From: Candidatus Anderseniibacteriota bacterium
GTDB lineage: Bacteria; Patescibacteriota; JAUYIX01
DNA: 64,000 nt
Direction: 5' to 3'
Assembly (NCBI GenBank): GCA_046350855.1
Contig: JAXLZM010000001.1
Coordinates: forward strand, 14,104 to 78,103
Shown: positions 31,564 through 40,075 of the stretch, one piece after another
How the letters are laid out: every line of letters starts with the position of its first letter
Numbering within the stretch: position 1 is the first letter of the stretch
Made by a program: the position numbers and the translations under genes
The notes under the pieces: generated by a model
Seen by the model: only the letters and a program-made list of their open reading frames with translations
What the model was told of the DNA's origin: nothing
Databases searched by the model: none

Positions 31564-32820
31564 GTGCAGACACCACTTCCAATGCGCACCTCGTTTATTT
31601 CCGTTCTGTTTTTGTCGGTTTTTATTGGGTTTACGCCGGTTGTTTTTTACGGCTGGCTGTTTTTCTTGCGCCGCAAAAAGCGCTTTCAGCAGGGTAAGCA
31701 GCCCACAGCTCTGCTCTCCATGATGTTTTTGGGCGGGATCGCCGCGGTGGTCTTTGCCTTTTTTGCCGAACGCTACCTGATCCAATTTTTGCCCCAGTCG
31801 TTCTCGTTTTGTGTAGCACAGTCACCGCTCTGCCAGACCGCAAGCGCCGCCACGATCGGCGTGTTAGCGCTGGCAACCTTTTTGATCGTGGCTCCGCTCG
31901 AAGAAGGCTTTAAATTTTTGGCGGTGTATTTTATCTCAATCCGCTCACCGCAGTTCACCCGGATCATCGATGGGGCCAAATATGGTATCGCGGTGGCGCT
32001 CGGGTTTGCCTCGGCCGAAAACGCCCTCTACCTCTTTACCAGTCTACGGGAGTTGGATCTCAATACTTTTGTCTCGACGTTTTTGCTGCGCTTTGCGCTC
32101 TCGAGCCCGGCGCACTTGTTTTACTCGGGGCTCTTTGGTTACTACTTGGGTCGAGCGCAATTTACCCGCTACGGTAGGGGACGATTGATCGCGACCGGGC
32201 TCACGCTCGCAATCGTGACCCATGGTCTCTACGATTTTGTGCTGTTCTCACGGGTCGGCTTTTACGCGATCTTTTTGCTGGTCGCGCTGTTTGGGGTTTT
32301 GTACTTTGTCTTTAAGAGTCCCGAGAACTTTGCCGTGCGGATCCCGGAGTTTATGCGGCGCCATCCCAGCTCGCGCGAAAAATTCTTGCAGGTTCCTCCC
32401 CAGCAGGGGATCGCACCTGCTTACCAAGGCTTACGGCCGATTTTGGCAGAGATCTCGCCCGAGTTGCGGCCCATTACCCCACAAAATCTCAAACCTGAGT
32501 ACTTGCCTAAGGAGGTTCCCAGTGAGTTTGCAGAGCAACCGGTAGAACAGCCGGTGCGCGGTGAGATTAAGGTACCGATTTCGACCGTGCCGGTGCGTTC
32601 GATCAAAACGGCCCCTGCCTTGCAGCAACTCACCGCGCGTCCACGAGCGCTTGGCCCGGTTCCGGAGCGTACTGCCGATCGAGCGGCGCGCGTGATGACA
32701 AAACGTATCATCGCTGAACGTGAGCGACATCAGCGGTTCACCCGGAGTAAAGCGGCGTCAGTAGTAGATCGATCCGTAGCCGGGATTAAACGACGTCGGT
32801 TGAACGTTCTGCCAGCGTAG
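31564..32820 (+). CDS. PrsW-family intramembrane protease-like membrane protein with a Pro-rich C-terminal tail.
   Basis: It has several TM segments with the motifs PLEEGFKFLAV, GFASAENALYL and HGLYDF. These correspond to the PrsW EExxK, FxxxE and H motifs. Confidence 0.55.
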   Translation: MQTPLPMRTSFISVLFLSVFIGFTPVVFYGWLFFLRRKKRFQQGKQPTALLSMMFLGGIAAVVFAFFAERYLIQFLPQSFSFCVAQSPLCQTASAATIGVLALATFLIVAPLEEGFKFLAVYFISIRSPQFTRIIDGAKYGIAVALGFASAENALYLFTSLRELDLNTFVSTFLLRFALSSPAHLFYSGLFGYYLGRAQFTRYGRGRLIATGLTLAIVTHGLYDFVLFSRVGFYAIFLLVALFGVLYFVFKSPENFAVRIPEFMRRHPSSREKFLQVPPQQGIAPAYQGLRPILAEISPELRPITPQNLKPEYLPKEVPSEFAEQPVEQPVRGEIKVPISTVPVRSIKTAPALQQLTARPRALGPVPERTADRAARVMTKRIIAERERHQRFTRSKAASVVDRSVAGIKRRRLNVLPA

Positions 32821-32825
32821 TCCGC

Positions 32826-33806
32826 TTACAGTTTTTCGCCGTGAAACTTAGAATGCACGTCTTTGAGCTTAATGTTGGTCACGTGCAAGTACATTTGGGT
32901 CGTGGCTAAGTTGGCGTGTCCTAAAAATTCCTGCACCGTACGCGAATCCACACCTTTATTAAGTAAATCCGTTGCAAAGGTATGTCGCAGCATGTGCGGG
33001 GTCACGCGGTAGGGGAGTCCGGCCTTAGAACTATACTGTTCCAGCGCTCCTTCTATCGCTCGCACGGTCAATCGCCGCGACTCGGTCGTGCGGATTTTGT
33101 TGTGCCTGATAAAGAGGGCAGGGTCATCGTCACTGCGTTTAGCTACATAATTTTTTATCCATTGCATGGCACGAGGGGAGAGATAGATCGGCCTGACGCG
33201 TCCACCTTTACCCGACACGGTGATTTCCGTCGGTCCATCCGACTTAAAGACTTTTGGAACCTGTCTTACATTAAGTGAAGTGAGCTCACTAATGCGGAGA
33301 CCACTACTGAACAACGATTCAATGATCGCTCTATCCCTCAGCCCCTGAATTTTTTTGACGTCAGGTGCTGCAAAGAGGCGACGCAATTGTTCGAGCGTGA
33401 GGAACTTAATATTTTTGTAGCGATCTGCGTCTTTAAGTTTTGGCAGTTCAACCGCGCTCACAGCTAAAGTCTTGATACCTTGAGCCGCAAAAAAGCTTAA
33501 AAAGGAGCGTAGAGCCACGAGATAAAAGAGCCGAGTGCTCTTTTTAAGGGGACGGTTGGTCCTAGGGTTGGCGTATCTGCTTAAAAAGAGGCGGTAGCCG
33601 TAGATATGGTCCGTAGTGAGCTTTTGGGGCTGTAGACCCTCTATACCCTCTACCTTGAGCCATTTAAAGAAGAGGTCCAAAAAGCGTCGGTAGTTCTCGA
33701 TGGTGCGCGGAGAAGCATCCTTAGCGACCTCGAGGTACTGGAAGTACTCAGCACGATAGCCAGAGAGGCCTTTATGGCCAGAGGAGCTCTTTTTAATAAT
33801 ACGCAT
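32826..33806 (-). CDS. Tyrosine site-specific recombinase of the XerC/XerD family.
   Basis: The C-terminal catalytic motifs are HMLRHTFATDLLNKGVDSRTVQEFLGHANLATTQMYLH, which cover the R..HxxR..Y box. The N-terminal core-binding domain is present. Confidence 0.8.
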   Translation of the reverse strand: MRIIKKSSSGHKGLSGYRAEYFQYLEVAKDASPRTIENYRRFLDLFFKWLKVEGIEGLQPQKLTTDHIYGYRLFLSRYANPRTNRPLKKSTRLFYLVALRSFLSFFAAQGIKTLAVSAVELPKLKDADRYKNIKFLTLEQLRRLFAAPDVKKIQGLRDRAIIESLFSSGLRISELTSLNVRQVPKVFKSDGPTEITVSGKGGRVRPIYLSPRAMQWIKNYVAKRSDDDPALFIRHNKIRTTESRRLTVRAIEGALEQYSSKAGLPYRVTPHMLRHTFATDLLNKGVDSRTVQEFLGHANLATTQMYLHVTNIKLKDVHSKFHGEKL

Positions 33807-33843
33807 GGGGAAGGCTGTCTTACGGCTTTTATACCTATCATAC

Positions 33844-33867
33844 TACACTTAAGGTATATTAAGTGCA
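33844..33867. promoter_or_regulatory. dif-like imperfect palindrome ACACTTAA-GGTATA-TTAAGTGC about 40 nt upstream of the xer gene. It is a candidate Xer recombination site or operator.
   Basis: It has 8-9-bp inverted arms around a 6-bp AT-rich spacer, like the dif 11-6-11 layout. It lies in the AT-rich region adjacent to the recombinase gene. Confidence 0.3.
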
Positions 33868-34119
33868 ATTGCCAGTATGTGTGAGTGGGCCCTAGGCTCA
33901 ACACTCCCCTAGAAAGCAGCACGCCAAGAAATAGCCCAGTGGCCTACCGTGTATTCTCTTGTATATTTATACAAATACAATTTTGATTGCTACTACTCCG
34001 ATACTCCACATACTCATGCTGATATGCAGCACCGCAGAGCATGTCTCACTCGCATCGTACTAATGGGTGAGTCACTCCCCTCTTTTTTGAGCGCGCTTAG
34101 CCATGCATAACAAAAAGGA

Positions 34120-34141
34120 GGGAGAACTCATGAGTTCTCCC
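34120..34141. repeat. Perfect 22-bp palindrome GGGAGAACTCA|TGAGTTCTCCC preceded by AAAGGAGG.
   Basis: Seen directly in the AT-rich low-coding region. It could be an operator, a cruciform or an RNA hairpin. Confidence 0.4.
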
Positions 34142-34873
34142 CTGTCACCTATTCTTTAAATTGCGCTTTTCGTAGTCGGCCTTGGCGAACTGGTGATGAC
34201 CGAGTTTTTATAGGCCAGCCAGTTGTTATTGCTCCAGTAGATTGTGCTCGCAGCGATGGCTTGCTGGACCGAGGCGCGCCAATATAGTCCAGATCGCCTG
34301 AAACCTTCCGGTGAGTTCCGGCTGGGCCTCGATGAGCTGCATAAGACCGCTCCGTCCGATCGTATCCACTAAAAGGATTTGCGGTGAACAGTACATCGGT
34401 CTCGACATGGTGTCTCCTCGCTCAAACTCCAGCTTTTTCGTACCACAGTTCGAGCCGTGAATCCGGACTAACCTTGGCAAATACGAGGTAAGACGAGTCG
34501 CTTAGGTGCGTATTACCCAGTAACAGCGAGTCCCAAGACTCTGAACCCGTGCGAGGTCAGGGCCCTTATAGATGACGGTCTGCTCCAGCTTGAACGGTAC
34601 AACCTCCTGCGCGATCAACGTGTTATTACGGATGATCACGCGCAAGATGCGACTGGGGGAGCGTGTGGTTACATTGCAGTTCGAACAAAGCCTGATCAAA
34701 CAGTGCCGTAAAGAGTTCATTACGGTTTTTTATTGGGATCGTGACGCTCAGCGTTGAGTCTATAAAGCTGAAAATCTATTTAAGACCGTATACTTTCTGT
34801 CGATTGCCGTGAGGATGAACCAGACTAGCCCGTGGGGCTATGCGAGTAAAGACGAGGTACTCACGGGTGCCTA

Positions 34874-34904
34874 AAAAAGAAGCGGGAGATCGTATTCTCC
34901 CGCT
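34874..34904 (-). terminator. Rho-independent terminator downstream of the NUDIX triad (minus strand).
   Basis: On the minus strand the stem AGCGGGAGA / TCTCCCGCT has a 6-nt loop and is followed by UUCUUUUUU. Confidence 0.5.
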
Positions 34905-34906
34905 GG

Positions 34907-35437
34907 TTAGGTTACAGTCGTGGTCAGTTGCACCAAGTGTGGCTTGGCGCTTGGCCGTTTGGTACCGGCCAAAAACTCCGGATGGCCGCAGTACTCAAGA
35001 CAGAGATCGTTGGTTGGCACGCAGGCGCGCTTAAGCATTTGCGAGCGTGTCAGCCAGGCGTAGTCGGTGTGTTCATCCGGATTGAGGATGATACGGGGTT
35101 TGTCCCAGACACGCAGCGTAAAGAGCGTTACATCAAACTCGTTACCATCCGGAAAACGCACAAAGACTCGACCAGCCCAGAGTAGAGCAAAGTAGCTAAA
35201 GTGCACCACGATGCCGGTCTCCTCCTCGAGCTCCCGGAGGATGGCCTCACGCTCGCTCTCACCTGACTCGATCGTGCCACCAGGTAAACCCCACAGGTCT
35301 GGATAAAACGCGAGGGTTGGCGCCCGTAAGAGGTTGAGGATTTCGCGCGGCCAACCGACGTGGTAGACGATGCACATACAGATCCGCAGTGCGTCCAGAG
35401 AGAAGTCCTTTGGGCGCTCGGTATAGAGCATGGGCAA
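34907..35437 (-). CDS. NUDIX hydrolase.
   Basis: The Nudix box is GLPGGTIESGESEREAILRELEEETGI. Confidence 0.8.
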   Translation of the reverse strand: MPMLYTERPKDFSLDALRICMCIVYHVGWPREILNLLRAPTLAFYPDLWGLPGGTIESGESEREAILRELEEETGIVVHFSYFALLWAGRVFVRFPDGNEFDVTLFTLRVWDKPRIILNPDEHTDYAWLTRSQMLKRACVPTNDLCLEYCGHPEFLAGTKRPSAKPHLVQLTTTVT

Positions 35438-35453
35438 TCTCCTTTATGGCGTT

Positions 35454-35900
35454 TTACGCCATGATATCTCGCAGCACTCCGTCTAAGTCTTCGATGTACT
35501 TCATCTGGAGCAATTGCTCCCAAATAGGCCAACGGTGCGTCACATGTTCAACCGGGTTGAGCATAACCTCAGGCTTGTCAGCCAAACGCACCACAAACTG
35601 ATGGTACTGATAATCGCCCTCGGGATACCGGATGAACCACGAACGCGGGCCATCGCACTGCTCTACAGAAAGCACAATACCGGTTTCTTCTTTAACCTCA
35701 CGTAAGGCCTCAGTCAAGAGAAGCTGTCTGGTAATGGGAACACCACGCTTTACCTTACCGCCCGGTAAACTCCATCGCAGCGGATGGGGCTTTTCGGGAT
35801 GGCGGTACAAGACGAGGACTTGCGGCCCAACCAACAATGCCATCGTAACGATTTGATCGATGGGCTGGAAATTTTTCGGCTTAGTTGCAAAGAGCATCAC
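35454..35900 (-). CDS. NUDIX hydrolase.
   Basis: The Nudix box is SLPGGKVKRGVPITRQLLLTEALREVKEETGI. Confidence 0.8.
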   Translation of the reverse strand: MMLFATKPKNFQPIDQIVTMALLVGPQVLVLYRHPEKPHPLRWSLPGGKVKRGVPITRQLLLTEALREVKEETGIVLSVEQCDGPRSWFIRYPEGDYQYHQFVVRLADKPEVMLNPVEHVTHRWPIWEQLLQMKYIEDLDGVLRDIMA

Positions 35901-35958
35901 GCCCTCCTTCCAGAAAAACAGTCGTGCTGGATTCGGGAATATAGCATTTTCTGACCGT

Positions 35959-36501
35959 CTAGCGAAACGTAGTCCGCGCAGTACGTTTTGCGAGTGCTTG
36001 CCGCCGAGTAATCAACCGCTTAGCCCGCTGCAACATAACCTTGTCGTCTTTAAAACTGGCAGCACGGATGGCGCGCTCAAAAGTAAACCAGCGAGCCGTG
36101 TCATATTCTTTGTCATGTTGTTCAACCGAGCCATTGGTTTTTTTGAGCAAATAATAGTGCACAAACTTATGGATGAACTTTTTACTCACCGGGTGGGTAA
36201 AGAAGAAGTTAGCCACGCCGAGCTTGGGACCACCACTACCATGGACCCCGGTTTCTTCCGCTACTTCGCGCTTGGCGGCGACTAAGAGTGACTCACCTTT
36301 TTCGGGGTGGCCTTTAGGAAGCCGCCAGGTGACGCTCGGCTTAAAACGACCCACCAAAACTACTTTGTGACGACCACGCCGCTTGGTATAGATAATGCCA
36401 CCGGCCGAGACCTCGAGCACCACTGTACGAGCTACGCGGGGCATGCCGTTGCGTGTTTTGCGCAGGGCCCGCGCCTGACGCTTGGGTTTTTTGGGGTTCA
36501 T
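35959..36501 (-). CDS. NUDIX hydrolase.
   Basis: The Nudix box is RLPKGHPEKGESLLVAAKREVAEETGV. Confidence 0.8.
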   Translation of the reverse strand: MNPKKPKRQARALRKTRNGMPRVARTVVLEVSAGGIIYTKRRGRHKVVLVGRFKPSVTWRLPKGHPEKGESLLVAAKREVAEETGVHGSGGPKLGVANFFFTHPVSKKFIHKFVHYYLLKKTNGSVEQHDKEYDTARWFTFERAIRAASFKDDKVMLQRAKRLITRRQALAKRTARTTFR

Positions 36502-36517
36502 CCGGCGACCTCGCTCG

Positions 36518-37780
36518 TTACAGGTAGAGGTGTGGGTTGACGTGGTTGCAATACGGCAAGAGTCCGTAGGAGCGCTGCACGGTCTGGAGGTTAAAGCAGA
36601 CCATAAAGTGCGTGTGTGGACCGCTCGAGTAGCCGGTACTACCGACCAGGCCGATGATTTGGCCGCGCTTAACGTGCTGCCCCACGCTCACTTTTTGCGA
36701 CAAGAGGTGACCGTAAAGGGTGTCAAAACCCAGCTCGTCGTGGTGCACGCTGATCCAGCGTCCGTAGGCAAAGCCGCCCAAGTCCCCCACCCCTGAGACC
36801 ACGCCATCCGCCGAGGCAAATACGGGTGAACCCAACGGCGCCGCAAAATCTAAGCCATTGTGGCCAGCTCCTGCGTAGGCACCGGCCTGGGCGTAGGAGG
36901 TCATGCCATAGTCCTGCGTGATGGTGCCGTTATTGGGCGGAGCTAAGACACCCGACCCGGCCGGTGGTGCGCCGGCTGGGATACCGCCGGTTTGATTGCC
37001 GAGTTCAGTCTCGAGCGAGCGAATCTCTTTGAGCACGGACTGCTGCTGTTTTTCGTTTTGGACGAGCAGGTCCTGGTAGCTCGCTTCTTGATCTTTAGAG
37101 AGCGCTAAGAGTCGATCTTTTTCGGCACGTTTTTCGGCTAAAGCATCGCGCTGGCCCTCGAGCTGCGCCTGTAACGAGATCGCCTCGTTGCGTTGCTGTT
37201 CCAGTTCTGCCTGACGCTGCTCCAAATCGGACTTGAGCTGCTTGATCAGCTCGAGACTCTCTTGAGTCTTTTTTTGGAGGGTCTCGGTGTACTCAAACTG
37301 GTTGAGCATGTCGGAGAAACTTTTACCGGAGAGCAAAATCTCAAAGGTATTGACGTTGTCTGAGTCGTTGATCAGGCGGATGTACTCAGCCAGAACCTTT
37401 TTAGTTTTTTGAATCTCGCGCTCCTTGGTTTTGATCTCGATCTCGGTTTTTTCGATCTCGGTTTGGGTGCGCTGGATTTTGAGCTGGGTATTTTGAACCT
37501 GAAGCCCTATCTCATCGATCTCGGTCGTGAGGGTCGAGATATCGTTGGAGAGCGAGCGAATCTCCGAGCGTTTTTGCTCGAGCTGCGCCTGCAGCTTACT
37601 GATCTCACCGTCCAGACGATTAACTTCGCCGGTCAGCGAGTTGATTTCACTGGTGATCTCGTCGACCGAACGGGCCTGCACAGGAGTTGGCGCAACCGGA
37701 CTCAGGGGCCGCAAACCAAAGAGCAGGCCAAGGGCCAGGGCAACTAAAAGTAGTTTTCGGGGAAGTCTCATGCTGCCCAT
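36518..37780 (-). CDS. Secreted M23 (LytM-type) metallopeptidase with a long N-terminal coiled coil (EnvC-like).
   Basis: A signal peptide is followed by about 230 aa of heptad-rich Q/E/L sequence. The C-terminal M23 motifs are HNGLDFAAPLGSPV and GSTGYSSGPHTHF. The start codon is set at the internal MGSMRLPRK. Confidence 0.8.
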   Translation of the reverse strand: MGSMRLPRKLLLVALALGLLFGLRPLSPVAPTPVQARSVDEITSEINSLTGEVNRLDGEISKLQAQLEQKRSEIRSLSNDISTLTTEIDEIGLQVQNTQLKIQRTQTEIEKTEIEIKTKEREIQKTKKVLAEYIRLINDSDNVNTFEILLSGKSFSDMLNQFEYTETLQKKTQESLELIKQLKSDLEQRQAELEQQRNEAISLQAQLEGQRDALAEKRAEKDRLLALSKDQEASYQDLLVQNEKQQQSVLKEIRSLETELGNQTGGIPAGAPPAGSGVLAPPNNGTITQDYGMTSYAQAGAYAGAGHNGLDFAAPLGSPVFASADGVVSGVGDLGGFAYGRWISVHHDELGFDTLYGHLLSQKVSVGQHVKRGQIIGLVGSTGYSSGPHTHFMVCFNLQTVQRSYGLLPYCNHVNPHLYL

Positions 37781-37806
37781 ATTACGGCACAAGCGTGAAC
37801 AACTTG

Positions 37807-39261
37807 TCAAAGGCAAGCATCGATGCGTTCGAGGGCTTTTTTTTGGCCTAAGACCCAAATGATCTCTTGGGGTCCAGGCGAGGCTGTACGGCCCGAGAGG
37901 GCCACACGCAGCGGCCAAAAAACTTCACCCACTGAGCGTTTGGTTTTTTGGGCAAACAGTTTGAGCGACTGCTCAATCGTAGTGGGGCTTTTGAGGTCTG
38001 TTGTGGAGAGTGTTGCGACATGCTCACGCACTTCTGCCAGAGCTTTTTTTGACTCTGCGGCCGTACTTTTTTTCCAAGTCAACAATTTGGGATCAACGGT
38101 AAGTGTTTTTGCAAAGTAGAACTCAGTCAATTCGGGCAGTTCTGCCAGATGGGTCAAGCGCTCTTGCACCATGGTGAGGGCGCGCCGTTTGAGATCGGAC
38201 GGACCAGTCCAAAATGGTTCAGCTAAGTGTGCCAACTGGTCAAGGGGCAGTTTACGGAGATACTGTGCGTTGACCCACTGCAAGCGCTTGAGATCAAAAA
38301 CCGAGCCGGACTTATTGATCTGGCGCAGGTTAAAAGCCTCGGTCAGTTGCTCGCGCGTAAAGAGTTCTTGGGTGGTGCCCGGGTTCCAGCCGAGCAGTGC
38401 GATGTAATTGACGATGGCCTCCGGGAGATAGCCGAGCTTGCGATACTCCCCGACGTGGGTCGGGCCGGCACGCTTACTCATCTTGCTGCGATCGGGATTA
38501 AGGATCAGCGGAATATGCGCATACTTTGGTAGGTTGAACCCTAGCGCCTGAGCAAGCAGCACTTGCTTGGGCAAGTTGGGCAGATGGTCCTCGCCGCGGA
38601 TCACGTGGGTAATCTGCATGAGCGCGTCGTCGATGATATTCGCCAGCAAAAACAGCGGCTCGTGGGTACCGGCGCCGCTCTTAGTGGTGCCGCTCGGTTT
38701 GGCGATCACAAAGTCACCAAAGTCTCCGCCATGAAAGCTGAGCTTGCCGTGGACCTCATCGTAGACCTCGATCGGCTCGCGCACTGCTCTAAAGCGCACC
38801 ACGCCCCTACGCCCGGCTTTGTGATGGGCTTCGCGTTGTTCAGCCGTTAACTCGCAACAACGGCCACCGTAGATCGGCGCTTTTCCCGCTTTGAGTGCAG
38901 CTTTACGATCCTTCTCGAGTTCTTCCGTGGTGCAGTAACAAAAATAGGCTAGGTCTGCCTTGAGCAGCTGGTCTAGATACGGCCCATGCAATTTTGCCCG
39001 CTCGGTTTGGCGGATGGGGCCCTCGTCCCAGTTGAGCCCGAGCCATTTAAGATCCTCAATAATGGCTTGCTCAAATTGCGTGGTGCTGCGGGCGCGGTCG
39101 GTATCCTCGATACGCAAAATAAACGTCCCCTTGTGCTTACGGGCAAAGAGCCAATTAAAGAGCGCGGTGCGAGCCGTGCCGATGTGTAAGCCACCGGTAG
39201 GACTGGGAGCGATACGTACACGCGGGGCGGTCTCGACGCGGTTTTGGGGGTCTTGCTGCAT
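37807..39261 (-). CDS. gltX: Glutamyl-tRNA synthetase.
   Basis: It has the HIGH motif (PSPTGGLHIGTARTAL) and the KMSKR motif. Confidence 0.9.
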   Translation of the reverse strand: MQQDPQNRVETAPRVRIAPSPTGGLHIGTARTALFNWLFARKHKGTFILRIEDTDRARSTTQFEQAIIEDLKWLGLNWDEGPIRQTERAKLHGPYLDQLLKADLAYFCYCTTEELEKDRKAALKAGKAPIYGGRCCELTAEQREAHHKAGRRGVVRFRAVREPIEVYDEVHGKLSFHGGDFGDFVIAKPSGTTKSGAGTHEPLFLLANIIDDALMQITHVIRGEDHLPNLPKQVLLAQALGFNLPKYAHIPLILNPDRSKMSKRAGPTHVGEYRKLGYLPEAIVNYIALLGWNPGTTQELFTREQLTEAFNLRQINKSGSVFDLKRLQWVNAQYLRKLPLDQLAHLAEPFWTGPSDLKRRALTMVQERLTHLAELPELTEFYFAKTLTVDPKLLTWKKSTAAESKKALAEVREHVATLSTTDLKSPTTIEQSLKLFAQKTKRSVGEVFWPLRVALSGRTASPGPQEIIWVLGQKKALERIDACL

Positions 39262-39307
39262 ACCGCAAAGCCTAGCATGTCGTGGCTAAGTAGCGTATTG
39301 TGGGCCT

Positions 39308-40075
39308 ATGGCATTGGTTGCTGCCGCACTCATCCCGGGCCCTGAGCAGGGTTCTGCCAAGATCCAAGCGGGCGTTGAGGCCGCCAAAAAGTTGTTTGTG
39401 CAAAAAAAAGTGGATCATATTTTGGTCTTATCCGGCCAGGCACCAAGCCCTTCGCACGCCTACACCACGAGCTCCGTCGATCCGGCTGCCTACTACGCCA
39501 TGGGGTTGGACAAATTGCAGCTGACCGACGGCGGTGCCACCGCTCCGGTCTTTGAAAACGACGTAGCCTTTGTGGCCGGACTTAAAGAGCGAGCGCGACC
39601 GTTTGGATTGCGCATCTTGACCAGTCCGACGATCAAGATCGATCGGGCAAATTCCCGTGCGCTGCGTGCCCTCGAGATTGGGCCGGCGGTAAAATTGGTC
39701 GCCTTTATGCTGCCCTATAAAGCACCTAAAGAGTTGTTTGAGTTTGGACGTGTGCTCGGTGCGGTGGCCCAACAATCCCAAGGCAACGTGGCGGTGCTTG
39801 CGGCCGGTAACCTCTCAGCGCGTCTCAGTAAAGAGGGTTCAGCCGGATTTGACCCGGCCGGAAAACAATACGACACGCTGGTCACCGAGGCAGCAAAAAA
39901 GAACGACTTTATGCCGCTACTCAAAGCCGATCCCACGTTGTTAGAAAAAGCTGGTCAAGAGAGCGCCGGACAAATTGCCGTAATCGCCGCTGCCACCATG
40001 CGCGTCCTCAAAGCCTCCCTCCAAATCTACGAGGCGGCAGGCGGAACCGGCCAGGCCGTACTGACGTGGTCTTAG
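39308..40075 (+). CDS. Conserved hypothetical protein, possibly of the LigB/MEMO1-like (class III extradiol dioxygenase) fold.
   Basis: The 255-aa size, the SPSHAYTT motif and the overall pattern are suggestive. The assignment is weak. Confidence 0.3.
   Translation: MALVAAALIPGPEQGSAKIQAGVEAAKKLFVQKKVDHILVLSGQAPSPSHAYTTSSVDPAAYYAMGLDKLQLTDGGATAPVFENDVAFVAGLKERARPFGLRILTSPTIKIDRANSRALRALEIGPAVKLVAFMLPYKAPKELFEFGRVLGAVAQQSQGNVAVLAAGNLSARLSKEGSAGFDPAGKQYDTLVTEAAKKNDFMPLLKADPTLLEKAGQESAGQIAVIAAATMRVLKASLQIYEAAGGTGQAVLTWS

Noticed and set aside
31495-31785. A 96-aa minus-strand ORF in the atp/prsW divergent promoter region.
   Set aside because: It overlaps the PrsW-like gene start on the other strand. 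It is Lys/Arg/Asn-rich low complexity with no support.
34226-34720. Short minus-strand ORFs of 84 aa and 72 aa in the AT-rich region downstream of xer.
   Set aside because: They have no motifs or RBS and an odd composition. At most one (34226..34480) might be a decayed gene fragment. They are not reported as CDS.
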